This document shows, piece after piece, positions 34,945 through 44,200 of a DNA stretch of 64,000 bases. A program made the position numbers and the translations under genes. The notes beneath the pieces are model-generated. The model was given only the letters and a program-made list of their open reading frames with translations, ran no database searches and was not told where the DNA came from. How positions within the stretch are numbered: the stretch's first letter is position 1; every line of letters starts with the position of its first letter. The DNA is taken from the IMG/VR virus record IMGVR_UViG_3300037851_000259, positions 1 to 64,000 of that record; one strand, given 5' to 3'. Source of the DNA: a virus.

Positions 34945-36549
34945 GTGGCTAAGGAAATTCAATCTGGAGCTAGTGCTCGAAACAAAGCTATCAAGGCGCT
35001 CAACGACATTGCAGGCATCGTGTCTTCTACTGTTGGTCCTGGTGGCAGACCTATTCTTCTTTCAAGGCAAACATCGGCCACCACTGCGACTACGTTCCAT
35101 ACAAAAGATGGAATCACCGTTCTTAGGGAACTTTCGTACACTGACCCAATCAATGATGCTGTGCACAAACTCGCTATTCAGGCTACGGCAGACACTGTGA
35201 TGGCTTCTGGAGACGGAACTACTTCGACGCTTATCATGGCTGCTGCTTTTGCCAACAAGCTTGTTCAGACTTCTAAGTCAAACCCGCAGTCAGCAGTGCG
35301 AGCATTCAGAGCTGAAGTGAACAAAGCAGTCAACGCCATCAAAGAAGAAGTAGCGATGGGTCCAGAGGCAGAGGCTAGAGTGGCACTCACTTCTACGAAT
35401 GGCGATTCGGAGCTTACCAGTCACGTTATCGGTGCTGTGAACGCCACATCTGCTTTCGGAACTGTGCTGGTTGAAAAGAACCCAATGTCCAAGGTTCCTT
35501 ATTGCGTTGATAAGGACTATGGGTATCAGGCAGGCAACGGATACAGCTACAACGTGACCTTTGCAATCTCTGTTTCAGACAAGGCAGTCACCAATGCTGA
35601 CTTTCATCTAAACGAACCTTATGTCATTCCCTACAATGGAAATATTTCTCAGCTTGAGCAAATCACTCCAATGCTTGAGAAGCTGTACCTCAAATCGGAC
35701 ACTTTTGAGGTCTTGATTGTTTGCTACGAGGTAACAGAAGATGTCATTAACAAGCTCATTGTCGCTAATCGTAAGAACCCCGGTGTTCGTATATTCGTTT
35801 GTAAGACGACGCCTACTGCTGAGCTTAATGGACCCTGGAATCAGCTCAATGATGTCGCCGCATTTTCAGGAGCAACTATTGTGGATGGCGGTTATGTGCC
35901 TCGATGGACCGTTAAGGATGCTGGTGTAGTTAAGGAAGCCAGGGTCACTCCATACAAGACGTTCTTGCTCGGTAAGTCTGAGAACAACTGGATTGTCAAG
36001 AGAGCAGAGCAGAACGCTACCACGGCATCTCTAGCCACCACCCCTCTGGATAGAGATATTGTCAACTCGCGCAATGCATCTCTCACTGGGGGATTGGTGA
36101 AGCTGATCATCGGCGGTGCCCTTCCCGGTGACCTTCAGGAAATTGCTGACCGCGCAGATGATGCGATCAAAGCATCTCAGGCTTGCCGACGGTCTGGTGC
36201 CCTTCCGGGATGCGGTCTTTCCTTCATTCGAGCAGGTGAGCTTGGCGGCGTGTCAGAGAGCGTAATGGAAGCTCTCAGGTCAGTCCACCATGCCATTGTA
36301 GAGAATTATGGCTATGAACCTATCGAGCACCCAAGCAAGCACGAGACTCTCGCCATTAAGGATGATGCGGTTATTGTTGGTAATTTCTTGGAACTTGGAG
36401 TCGCCGACAGTTACGAGACGGTGAGAAGCGTTATGCTCAATGGATTCGCACTTGGTTCTTTGGTAGCCAATATTGGAGGCTATTGTCTTAGTGCCGATAT
36501 TGAAGAGATACACAAGCAGACTATGCTGAAGGACCTGCTGCTATCATAA
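34945..36549 (+). CDS. groEL: GroEL-like chaperonin (Cpn60 family)
   Basis: AKEIQSGASARNKAIKALNDIAGIVSSTVGPGGRPILL...TKDGITVLRE...ATADTVMASGDGTTSTLIMAAAF aligns with the canonical GroEL N-terminus (AKDVKFG..TLGPKGRNVVL..TKDGVSVAREIE..AGDGTTTATVLA). GTG start with a TAGGAG SD. Confidence 0.9.
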   Translation: MAKEIQSGASARNKAIKALNDIAGIVSSTVGPGGRPILLSRQTSATTATTFHTKDGITVLRELSYTDPINDAVHKLAIQATADTVMASGDGTTSTLIMAAAFANKLVQTSKSNPQSAVRAFRAEVNKAVNAIKEEVAMGPEAEARVALTSTNGDSELTSHVIGAVNATSAFGTVLVEKNPMSKVPYCVDKDYGYQAGNGYSYNVTFAISVSDKAVTNADFHLNEPYVIPYNGNISQLEQITPMLEKLYLKSDTFEVLIVCYEVTEDVINKLIVANRKNPGVRIFVCKTTPTAELNGPWNQLNDVAAFSGATIVDGGYVPRWTVKDAGVVKEARVTPYKTFLLGKSENNWIVKRAEQNATTASLATTPLDRDIVNSRNASLTGGLVKLIIGGALPGDLQEIADRADDAIKASQACRRSGALPGCGLSFIRAGELGGVSESVMEALRSVHHAIVENYGYEPIEHPSKHETLAIKDDAVIVGNFLELGVADSYETVRSVMLNGFALGSLVANIGGYCLSADIEEIHKQTMLKDLLLS

Positions 36550-36582
36550 GATAAGTGAAATGAGTTTATCTTGGAGGGTTTC

Positions 36583-36996
36583 GTGAGCACGACATACACA
36601 CTACAGCCACTCAATTACATCAATGAGAACGTGTTTACGTTTGAGTCTAATTGGGAAATCCTCCATGGTGCGCCTTGCAAATTGCATTTCCAGCTTGTTG
36701 TGGTCGATGCCCTTGGGTCACGCCGATATCTTCCTCCAGCAGGAACTCTGGTGAACGTATCCTTTTTGAGGTCTAGACCGCCTACCGTAGGAAGCACCTC
36801 TACTTCTGTATCCAAGAATGCTATACAGCTTTTGCCAAGCTCTGACAGGTCGGTCTATCAGATTGACTTGACAGCTGCTGATACAGTGCAGATTATTAGT
36901 GGTGGAGCTAAATTGACACTTAACCTTGGTGGCGTTGAAGTAGGATTCAACTTGCCTCACATAGTTAAGAAGATTGTTTCATTGCCTGGTTTTTAA
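36583..36996 (+). CDS. Hypothetical beta-rich protein
   Basis: GTG at 36583 preceded by GGAGGG. 137 aa. Confidence 0.5.
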   Translation: MSTTYTLQPLNYINENVFTFESNWEILHGAPCKLHFQLVVVDALGSRRYLPPAGTLVNVSFLRSRPPTVGSTSTSVSKNAIQLLPSSDRSVYQIDLTAADTVQIISGGAKLTLNLGGVEVGFNLPHIVKKIVSLPGF

Positions 36997-37076
36997 CTTT
37001 GTGACTTTTGCTGCTGGTGTCTATAATCGACGTCAGCTCACTGATTCAACTGTCTATGTAGGAAGGAAGGACTTCT

Positions 37077-37655
37077 ATGACTGCTCCAATGTATACCAAG
37101 ATTTTCCAGTCGATTGAGGAGAATCTTTACAATCTCGGTTATTCTGGCAAAGCCAAGCGTAAGTGGTTCGGCGACATCGCTGCTGGAGCTTCTGTGAAGA
37201 TTGGCAACACGGTTCCTGTTGCTGCCTGTCTCATGAACTTCACCGACGCTAGTTACCCTACTGCCAACGACCTTGCTTTCATCGCTGTGATGCGTCAGGA
37301 CGAAATCGCTGGTCTTCAGTGGCCCAAGGCTATGACCAGCCAGCTTCACGCTTATGACCAGTTTTCGCAAGCTGGCGCGTTCCTGGTTGACATCTTCCTG
37401 GAAGCTCCTGTGATTGCTGCTGGCGCTGACCCTGCTGCTGCGACTATCGCCCTGCTCAAGTTCCAGAACGATGTGATCCACATCTTCCGTGGACAATGGT
37501 CGGCTCCCGTGCGCATCAACTACTCGACAAATGCGACACCTGCCGCAATTGCCACAGTTGATGGTAAGAACCAGGCTGCTGAATCGGCAGTGACTTACAC
37601 CGCTGGTGGCGTGCTTCTGCCTTACGGCCGTATCGCAACTAACACACTCGCCTAA
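37077..37655 (+). CDS. Hypothetical, probably abundant virion protein
   Basis: 192 aa. AGGAAGGAAGGA SD, optimal-type codons (GCT, CGT, CTG, NNC), TATAAT upstream and a strong terminator downstream. Confidence 0.55.
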   Translation: MTAPMYTKIFQSIEENLYNLGYSGKAKRKWFGDIAAGASVKIGNTVPVAACLMNFTDASYPTANDLAFIAVMRQDEIAGLQWPKAMTSQLHAYDQFSQAGAFLVDIFLEAPVIAAGADPAAATIALLKFQNDVIHIFRGQWSAPVRINYSTNATPAAIATVDGKNQAAESAVTYTAGGVLLPYGRIATNTLA

Positions 37656-37689
37656 TAAGCGTTTGTATCGGTTGACCTTGCTAAAAGTT

Positions 37690-37723
37690 CTCCCCAAGAG
37701 TTTCTCTTGGGGAGTTTTGTTTA
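37690..37723 (+). terminator. Rho-independent terminator
   Basis: 11-bp stem CTCCCCAAGAG/CTCTTGGGGAG, loop TTTC, then TTTTGTTT. Confidence 0.8.
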
Positions 37724-37831
37724 GAAGCTTGCTGAAGATTTGATGACGTGGTAAACTTCGCTTTGCGTTTCACCCGATATCTATCGCATAATGAGGTTTA
37801 GCTCTTTCTGTGTATATAAGGAGAACGACGA

Positions 37832-38308
37832 ATGTCAGAAATGCTTTCTACAGACAAGACTAAGCTTAACGACTTCCACAAGTCGCAGCCCGCCCTGTCT
37901 AAACCTGGTTTTGTTAATAGTTATCCCGCTGGTGTGGAACTCGGAACCTTGATTGACAAGGCTCTGAGCAATGTTTGCTCGAAGGCTACGTGGGACTTCG
38001 CTTCTCATGGTGGAGCCATCACTCCAGATATCTATCTGGGTGTGACTATCCCTGCTGGCGCGATTGTTACTGGTGTTGTGACTCGTGAAGTGACCAATGT
38101 CACCTCTCTTGGCGCTCCTGAGTTTGTTGTCACCGTTGGAGCTACTGCTGTGGCTACTGTGGCTGACGCTACGGCTCTTGCCGGTGTGCAGGTCCAGACC
38201 GCGACGGCTGCTTATTTTGCTGCTGAAAGCAAGGTCTATCTGAACATCAACACTGCTGCTGCTACCGCTGGTAAGGTCGAGTTCTATATTTCCTATATTT
38301 GTCCGTAA
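37832..38308 (+). CDS. Hypothetical, probably virion protein
   Basis: 158 aa, Ala/Thr/Val-rich, TAAGGAG SD, optimal-type codons. Confidence 0.55.
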   Translation: MSEMLSTDKTKLNDFHKSQPALSKPGFVNSYPAGVELGTLIDKALSNVCSKATWDFASHGGAITPDIYLGVTIPAGAIVTGVVTREVTNVTSLGAPEFVVTVGATAVATVADATALAGVQVQTATAAYFAAESKVYLNINTAAATAGKVEFYISYICP

Positions 38309-38323
38309 TTGAGGAGGTGCTGT

Positions 38324-39394
38324 ATGTCTAACAATCAGAACGCAGAATCTCTTCTGAAATCGCTCAATTCAGATATTGACGAACTCACCGCTCTTACGAA
38401 GTCGTTCTTCGAGAAGGTGAAGAAGGCTGAAGGCGCAGAAGAGGAAGAGGGCAAAGACCCTATCGTTGAAGATTCTGTTGGTGGGGATGAACCTCCTATG
38501 CCTCAAGAAGGTGAAGGGGAAATGCCAGCAGAAGGTGAGATGCCAATGGAAGGCGAGATGCCTACAGACGAGGGTGACCTTGGGTCCTATGTGCAGGGAT
38601 TGGATGATTCTGAACTCAAGAACATCCTTACCGCTCTTATGGACGAATACGAAGCTCGTCTTGGTGGTGGTGAGGAAGGTATGGAAAAGGCTGACGGTCT
38701 TGGGCTTGGTGCCCCTTCTGTCCCGCCTGCCCCTATCGCTCCAGATCCGATGCTCGGCAAAGCCGGTGAACTGCCTCCTCCTGAAGGTCAAGATGGTTTG
38801 CCTCCTATGCCTGAAGAAGGAATGGAAGATCCTAATGCTGCTGAAGGCGCTGCTCCTAACGAAGAGTCAGTGCGTCAAGCTGTTGCAACGCTCTCTCCTG
38901 AAGAGAAGCAGTTGCTGCTTCAGATTCTTCAGGAAGGCGAACAACCGCAGCAAGGTCTGGCCGCAGAACTGCCCGCAGGCGCTCCTCCTGCTCAGAAGAG
39001 TCTGAAACTTCCTACCAAGGAATTTGGTGGCGACAAGGCTGCTGATGGTTCTAAAGAGTCTGTTGCTGCTTTTGGCGCTCTTAAGAAGTCGCTCGATGAG
39101 TTCAACTCTCGACTGGCCAAGCTTGAGAAGTCAGTTAAGGCTCCGACAGAGACTATGCCTACTCGTCAGTATGCTTCGCAGAATCCTGAAGTGGTCGTGC
39201 TTGAGAAATCAGTCGGCAACGAAGGACGTATGGACGGAATGAGCCTTGCTAACTGGCTTATCGGTCAGCAGCGTCAAGGTAACAAGCTGGTCAAGTCCAT
39301 TCTTGTGACGAAGGCCAATCTTGCTAAATCGGAAGATTCACTGAACGAAGTCTATTCTGAGCTTAAGAATCTTGGAATTACGCCTCCTAAGTGA
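38324..39394 (+). CDS. Acidic repeat-containing protein, possible scaffolding protein
   Basis: ATG at 38324 after GAGGAGG. Very acidic and Pro/Glu/Gly-rich, with an (E-G-E-M-P-x)x3 repeat at 38507-38575. Helical basic C-terminus. Followed by a terminator. Confidence 0.45.
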   Translation: MSNNQNAESLLKSLNSDIDELTALTKSFFEKVKKAEGAEEEEGKDPIVEDSVGGDEPPMPQEGEGEMPAEGEMPMEGEMPTDEGDLGSYVQGLDDSELKNILTALMDEYEARLGGGEEGMEKADGLGLGAPSVPPAPIAPDPMLGKAGELPPPEGQDGLPPMPEEGMEDPNAAEGAAPNEESVRQAVATLSPEEKQLLLQILQEGEQPQQGLAAELPAGAPPAQKSLKLPTKEFGGDKAADGSKESVAAFGALKKSLDEFNSRLAKLEKSVKAPTETMPTRQYASQNPEVVVLEKSVGNEGRMDGMSLANWLIGQQRQGNKLVKSILVTKANLAKSEDSLNEVYSELKNLGITPPK

Positions 39395-39416
39395 AAACTG
39401 TTCGTGTGCAGTTTTC

Positions 39417-39446
39417 GGGAAGGAACCTAGGTTCCTTCCCTTTTTC
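39417..39446 (+). terminator. Rho-independent terminator
   Basis: 11-bp stem GGGAAGGAACC/GGTTCCTTCCC, 2-nt centre, then TTTTT. Confidence 0.8.
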
Positions 39447-39540
39447 GTTATTAGAAAAAGTTACCCACCACCCCTTGTTTGTCGTTGCCCTACGGTCTAC
39501 ACTCATAAAACCCAGTTCACTAAATAGCAAAGGCCAAGGT

Positions 39541-39828
39541 ATGTCAGATGTATTACATAGATTTGTATGCTTGTCGTGTTCTAGAGAACCTTTCTATGCG
39601 TTTGAAGATGCTTGTCGATGTGTTTGTGGTTCTGAAGCAAAGAGGGATGATATTTGTGTGACGGCAGCTACCACCAATATGTACGAAGGAGTGGTTCACG
39701 ACACACTTAACACCATTGATGACGATGTTGACCAAGAAACTGAACGAGAGCTTGTTAGCCGAGACCTTGTTAAGGCAGAAAAGCTTAGGAGAGGGATAGA
39801 TGTCGAGCCAACCCATACCGCGTCCTAA
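39541..39828 (+). CDS. Small zinc-ribbon protein
   Basis: The ATG at 39541 gives MSDVLHRFVCLSCS...CRCVCGSE. The longer track ORF from 39391 would run through the terminator. Confidence 0.45.
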   Translation: MSDVLHRFVCLSCSREPFYAFEDACRCVCGSEAKRDDICVTAATTNMYEGVVHDTLNTIDDDVDQETERELVSRDLVKAEKLRRGIDVEPTHTAS

Positions 39829-41158
39829 ATTTGACTTCAGGTTCATGAAAGCCATTTTGTTGCGTCTTCTCATGCAGCCGCACTTGTTGGTTAGATATAA
39901 AGATTATTTGCATCCAGATATGTTCGACATTGGCGACGGACATGGTGCTCTCAGAAAGCTTGCTCAGATTATTATTGGGTGGGTTCGAGAGGAAAAAGAC
40001 TTACCAACTGTAGATGGAGTTGACGCACGCCTACAGCTTCTTCCAGATGGAGAAGAGCGTAGCAACGTAATTGCTCTTTTCTTTGAGATAAGGACTGACT
40101 CAGAGCTTGCCAGGTACTCTGAATCAGACCAGGTGTTCTCAGTATTCCTTCAGTGGCTTAAGGCCATGGCCTTCATGAGTGAATATCATGGCGTAAAGGA
40201 AAAGTTCAACTCGGGCTCATTCGATGATGCCTATGTCAACCTTGAAAAGACCCTGACCAAGATCAAAGGAATTACTCTTGATTCTGTTCAAAGTGCTGAT
40301 TGGGACACCTCTCTTAAGTTTCTTGAAGAAGAGTCCAACAGACCTGACCGTAAGTTCCTTTTTGGCATAGAGGACTTTGACTCTCTGGCGGGCTTTGAAC
40401 CACAGCAGCTTGGACTTTTTGTAGCCATGACGGGTGGGGGTAAGTCGATGTTATCTGTACACTTTATTCGTCAAGCTATACAGCAGGCTAAACACATCTA
40501 CGTTGCTTGTGTAGAAGATAGGAAAGTTACCATTCTTCGTCGTGTGTACGCGGCAATCACTGGTATCCCAATGTCTGACATCAAGAAGCTGTGCGACATG
40601 CCTCCAGAAAGTCGAAAGAAGATGAAGGAAGCCGCTGCGTTACTTCAGAAGTACGTTACCATCGAATTTATGTACGGGCAGCCCCTCGACTTCATTCTTT
40701 CGAGAGTTAAAGAAGAAAACACGGCGAGAGAACTAGCAGGCAAGCCTAGGTTTGATGCTATGGTTTTGGACTATTTGCAACACATCGCTCACTTATCTCC
40801 TGGTGACGCGATGCATGAGAAGCTTACTAACTCAATGGCTAGGTACAAGGACTTTGCCTTGTCTAACAACATGACATGCATTACTCATCAGCAAGTCAAT
40901 CGCGGTGGCGCAATGGCTCAGTCCAAAGAAAGCATCATTACGATGGCAGATATGTCTGGGTCTTACCAAGCTGCTTTCGTTGCTGACGTAATCATTTCCC
41001 TGAACAGAACGCAGGACATGAAGGACAAGGACGAAGCCGTGTTGTGTGTTCTTAAGGGCCGTGAGGGTGCTCTTGACCAGAAATTTCAGGTCAAGACAGA
41101 ATTTGCAAGAGCAAGATTCAACTTTGATGACTATGTTCGTTTGGATAAGATGTCGTGA
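39800..41158 (+). CDS. dnaB: DnaB-like replicative helicase
   Basis: Walker A FVAMTGGGKSM, Walker B AMVLDYLQHI and ITHQQVNRG. The N-terminal helical domain resembles the DnaB N-domain. Confidence 0.75.
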   Translation: MSSQPIPRPKFDFRFMKAILLRLLMQPHLLVRYKDYLHPDMFDIGDGHGALRKLAQIIIGWVREEKDLPTVDGVDARLQLLPDGEERSNVIALFFEIRTDSELARYSESDQVFSVFLQWLKAMAFMSEYHGVKEKFNSGSFDDAYVNLEKTLTKIKGITLDSVQSADWDTSLKFLEEESNRPDRKFLFGIEDFDSLAGFEPQQLGLFVAMTGGGKSMLSVHFIRQAIQQAKHIYVACVEDRKVTILRRVYAAITGIPMSDIKKLCDMPPESRKKMKEAAALLQKYVTIEFMYGQPLDFILSRVKEENTARELAGKPRFDAMVLDYLQHIAHLSPGDAMHEKLTNSMARYKDFALSNNMTCITHQQVNRGGAMAQSKESIITMADMSGSYQAAFVADVIISLNRTQDMKDKDEAVLCVLKGREGALDQKFQVKTEFARARFNFDDYVRLDKMS

Positions 41159-41255
41159 CCATTGGCATTGACTGGTGTGCCAATTGTCCGGCGAAGCTGC
41201 ATGACGATAATTGGTGGTTATGCCCCTCTGCTACCACCGTATATGGAGATTCCTT

Positions 41256-44200
41256 ATGTCTTACTCCGGTCCACAACTCCTCTCTGACCTTGTTTTTTAC
41301 AGAACTTACTCAGCGACTAAGCAAAGCGGATTCAAAGAGACTTATGACGAAACAGTAGACAGAGCCATGCAAATGCACATGGACAAGTTCCCTAAGCACA
41401 CTGATGCTATCGCCAGAGCTTTTGACTTTGTTCGTCGCAAAGTGGTTATGCCCTCTATGCGATCTCTCCAGTTTGCTGGAAAACCTATTACTAACGAGAA
41501 TTTAAGACAATTTAACTGTTTTAGTAGAGATACAGAGTTCATAACAAATGAAGGCATTAAGAGCTTTTATGACTTTCAAGATGGCGATGAAGTCACAGTC
41601 CTATCTAGAAAGCGTCAATGGAAAAAGGCTACCGTTAGAAAGTTTGGGAAAGAGCGTTTATATGAACTGAAGGTCGGCTATGGACGTTCTGGAATAAAGA
41701 TTATCAAGACCACAGCGAATCATCGTTGGCCCGTAGTCATGCCAGACAAAGGAGGGGGCACCACAGAAATTGTCCTTACTAAGGACCTTGTGCATGGACA
41801 AAAGCTTAGTAAAAACAAAGTTCAGACATATATTGGCAATTATTGCAAAATCGGGCTTATGCATGGAATTGTGTTTGGCGACGGAACTAAGCAAACGACA
41901 GATCCTGAATGTTTTTCTGAACCGACTTGCATAAAGCTCTGTGACGAAAGCGTGGAACTCAGTAAGCACTTCTTTGCTGGGCGTCATTGTTCTGAGATTG
42001 TGGAAAAAGGAATGCCGCGACCAGACAGATATACTGTGCATGAACTTCCTGCAAATTGGAAGAAGTTGCCAGATGACATGAACCGTAGGTATATTCTTGG
42101 TTTTTTAATGGGGTGGTTTGCCGCTGATGGATATGTAACTAAATCCGGTCAAGTGATGTTGCATTCGCATAAACTTTCTAATCTTGAGTGGGCTGCTGAC
42201 CAGCTTCAGATGATGGGAATTCAAACTTCTTCCATAAGAAAAACGAGGGATACCAATCCATACAATGGCGAGCCTGCTGATTTATGGGTACTGCCGTTCC
42301 ATAATGATGGGTATCTCACTTCAGAGTTTTTTGTTAGAACTAAGCATCTTGATAGATTCCATAAAGTTGAAGAAAAACATGAATGGAGAGTCGTTTCTGT
42401 TACCGAAACAGACGTGGAAGAAGATGTCTGGTGCGTTCAGGAATCAGAAACAGAGACGTTTACTCTGAAGAACGGCCTGTTGACCATGAACTGTTCCTTC
42501 CTGGGCATGGATAGCTGGAAAAGCTTTGCTGACCTCTTCTACATCCTCTGCTGTGGGTGTGGCGTAGGCTACTCTGTGCAGTCCCACTGGCTCAGACACC
42601 TCCCCCCTGTTCAGAAGGGAAGTCCTGGATATTTCGTTGTTCCCGATACCAGAGAGGGCTGGGCAGATTCTTATCTTGAATTGTTTCAGAATCCCGAAAT
42701 GGAATTCGTATATGGGTTTATTCGCCCAGCAGGTTCTGTCTTGTCGTCTGGCGGTACAGCTTCTGGTCCTTGGGCTCTTAAAGAGGCTCACGAAAAGATT
42801 CGCAACATACTTCGCAGAGCCATGGGCCGAAGACTTCGCGCAATCGAAGCTCATGACATCGCCTGTCACATCGCAGATTCGGTCGTTGTCGGAGGCACAA
42901 GAAGATGTCTTCCTTATGACTCTAAGATTCATACACGTCGTGGCCTTATTGACATCAAGGATGTAGTTGTTGGAGATTCTGTACAAACCTCTAAAGGTTA
43001 CTCTGATGTTTCGGCTGTGTTTGACCAAGGGGTTCAGAAAACTCTGCTCATTCACACAGATGCAGGAACTCTTGAATGTACAGGGAATCATAAGGTTGCA
43101 GTAATAAACGGATATCAATCTTATGAATGGAAAATGGCAAAGGACCTTTCGTCAGAAGATAGGTTGGTATTCAACAACCTTCCTCTTCATGCAATTCCTA
43201 GCAGGTTTCCAGAAGAAATATATGAGGTCAGCTCATATGCAACGACTCTAAAGAACATTATCCTACCTGAGCTTTCTGAAGAAATATCATGGTTTATTGG
43301 GTATTTCCAAGGGAACGGACATGTCGCTATAAGAACTGATAACGATAACAAAAAACATGGGATAGTTTCTGTTTCAGTCCCATCTAATGCTCCAGATAGA
43401 TTAGAACGAGCTGTTTCCTGTCTCAAGCAATTTGGAGTTAATGTTACTATCAGTGAGACTAACGGTAACTGGATGGTTGCTAAGGTTGTATCCATGAGGC
43501 TCGCTACGTATTTTCTAGAGCACGTGAAAAAACCCAAAGTATCTATGGTTGTTCCAGATTTCATATCCACTGGCTCTTACGAGCAGCGTGCAGCTTATGT
43601 AGCCGGTCTGTTTGATGCGGACGGGGCTTCTAATAATAGACCTGTTAACATCTCTTCTATTTATCCTGATTTCTTGAAATCAATTCAGTCTGTGTGTGCC
43701 TCTTTAGGCATTCCAACTTATATCAAATTGTCAAGAGACGCTTCTGGAAACTGGAAAGAGCTGTTTCACCTTTGCTTCAAGTCATCAGGACGACACAACC
43801 TGTCTAAGATTGTTTCTAGGTTTGGAACTAAGACCTTGACTGAAAGGAAATCCACTCGATGTTCTTATTCGTACAAGTCGTCTGATGTTAAATGGAAGAA
43901 ATACCCTAAACATATTCGTATTTCTGTAGACGCTCTTAACATAGATGCGCAGCCGTTTGTTCCTGTTAAGGTACTAAGCATTGAAGAAGGTCGAGAAGTT
44001 TCAACTTTTGACATAGAAGTGAAAGATGTTCATGAATTTTATGCAGAAGGATTTCTCGTTCACAACTCTGCCTGTATCTCCATGTTTGACCCTGAAGACG
44101 AAGAGATGCGTCTTAGCAAATCTGGCAAGTGGTGGGAAAAGAACCCCCAAAGAGCACGAGCCAATAACTCAGCGGTCATTCACCGTAAGGACCCTGATTT

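Noticed and set aside
37038-37697. 219-aa minus-strand ORF antisense to 37077..37655
   Set aside because: The + strand gene has a strong SD, optimal codons and its own terminator. The antisense translation is Arg/Ser/His-rich.
38466-39005. 179-aa same-strand alternative-frame ORF within the acidic scaffold-like gene
   Set aside because: The Leu/Lys/Cys/Arg-rich translation is the expected off-frame reading of GAA/GAG/CCT-rich repeats. No SD. Unlike the 32155-34924 case, the alternative frame shows no protein-like features.
39391-39540. Upstream extension of the zinc-ribbon ORF to the GTG at 39391
   Set aside because: It would be translated straight through the strong terminator hairpin at 39417-39446. 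The internal ATG at 39541 was preferred.
41155-41358. 67-aa + strand ORF (GTG start) overlapping the helicase stop and the nrdJ start
   Set aside because: Its 3' two thirds overlap the N-terminal conserved region of NrdJ in another frame. No SD. Only the first about 30 codons (Cys-rich) could be real, which is too little to support a call.
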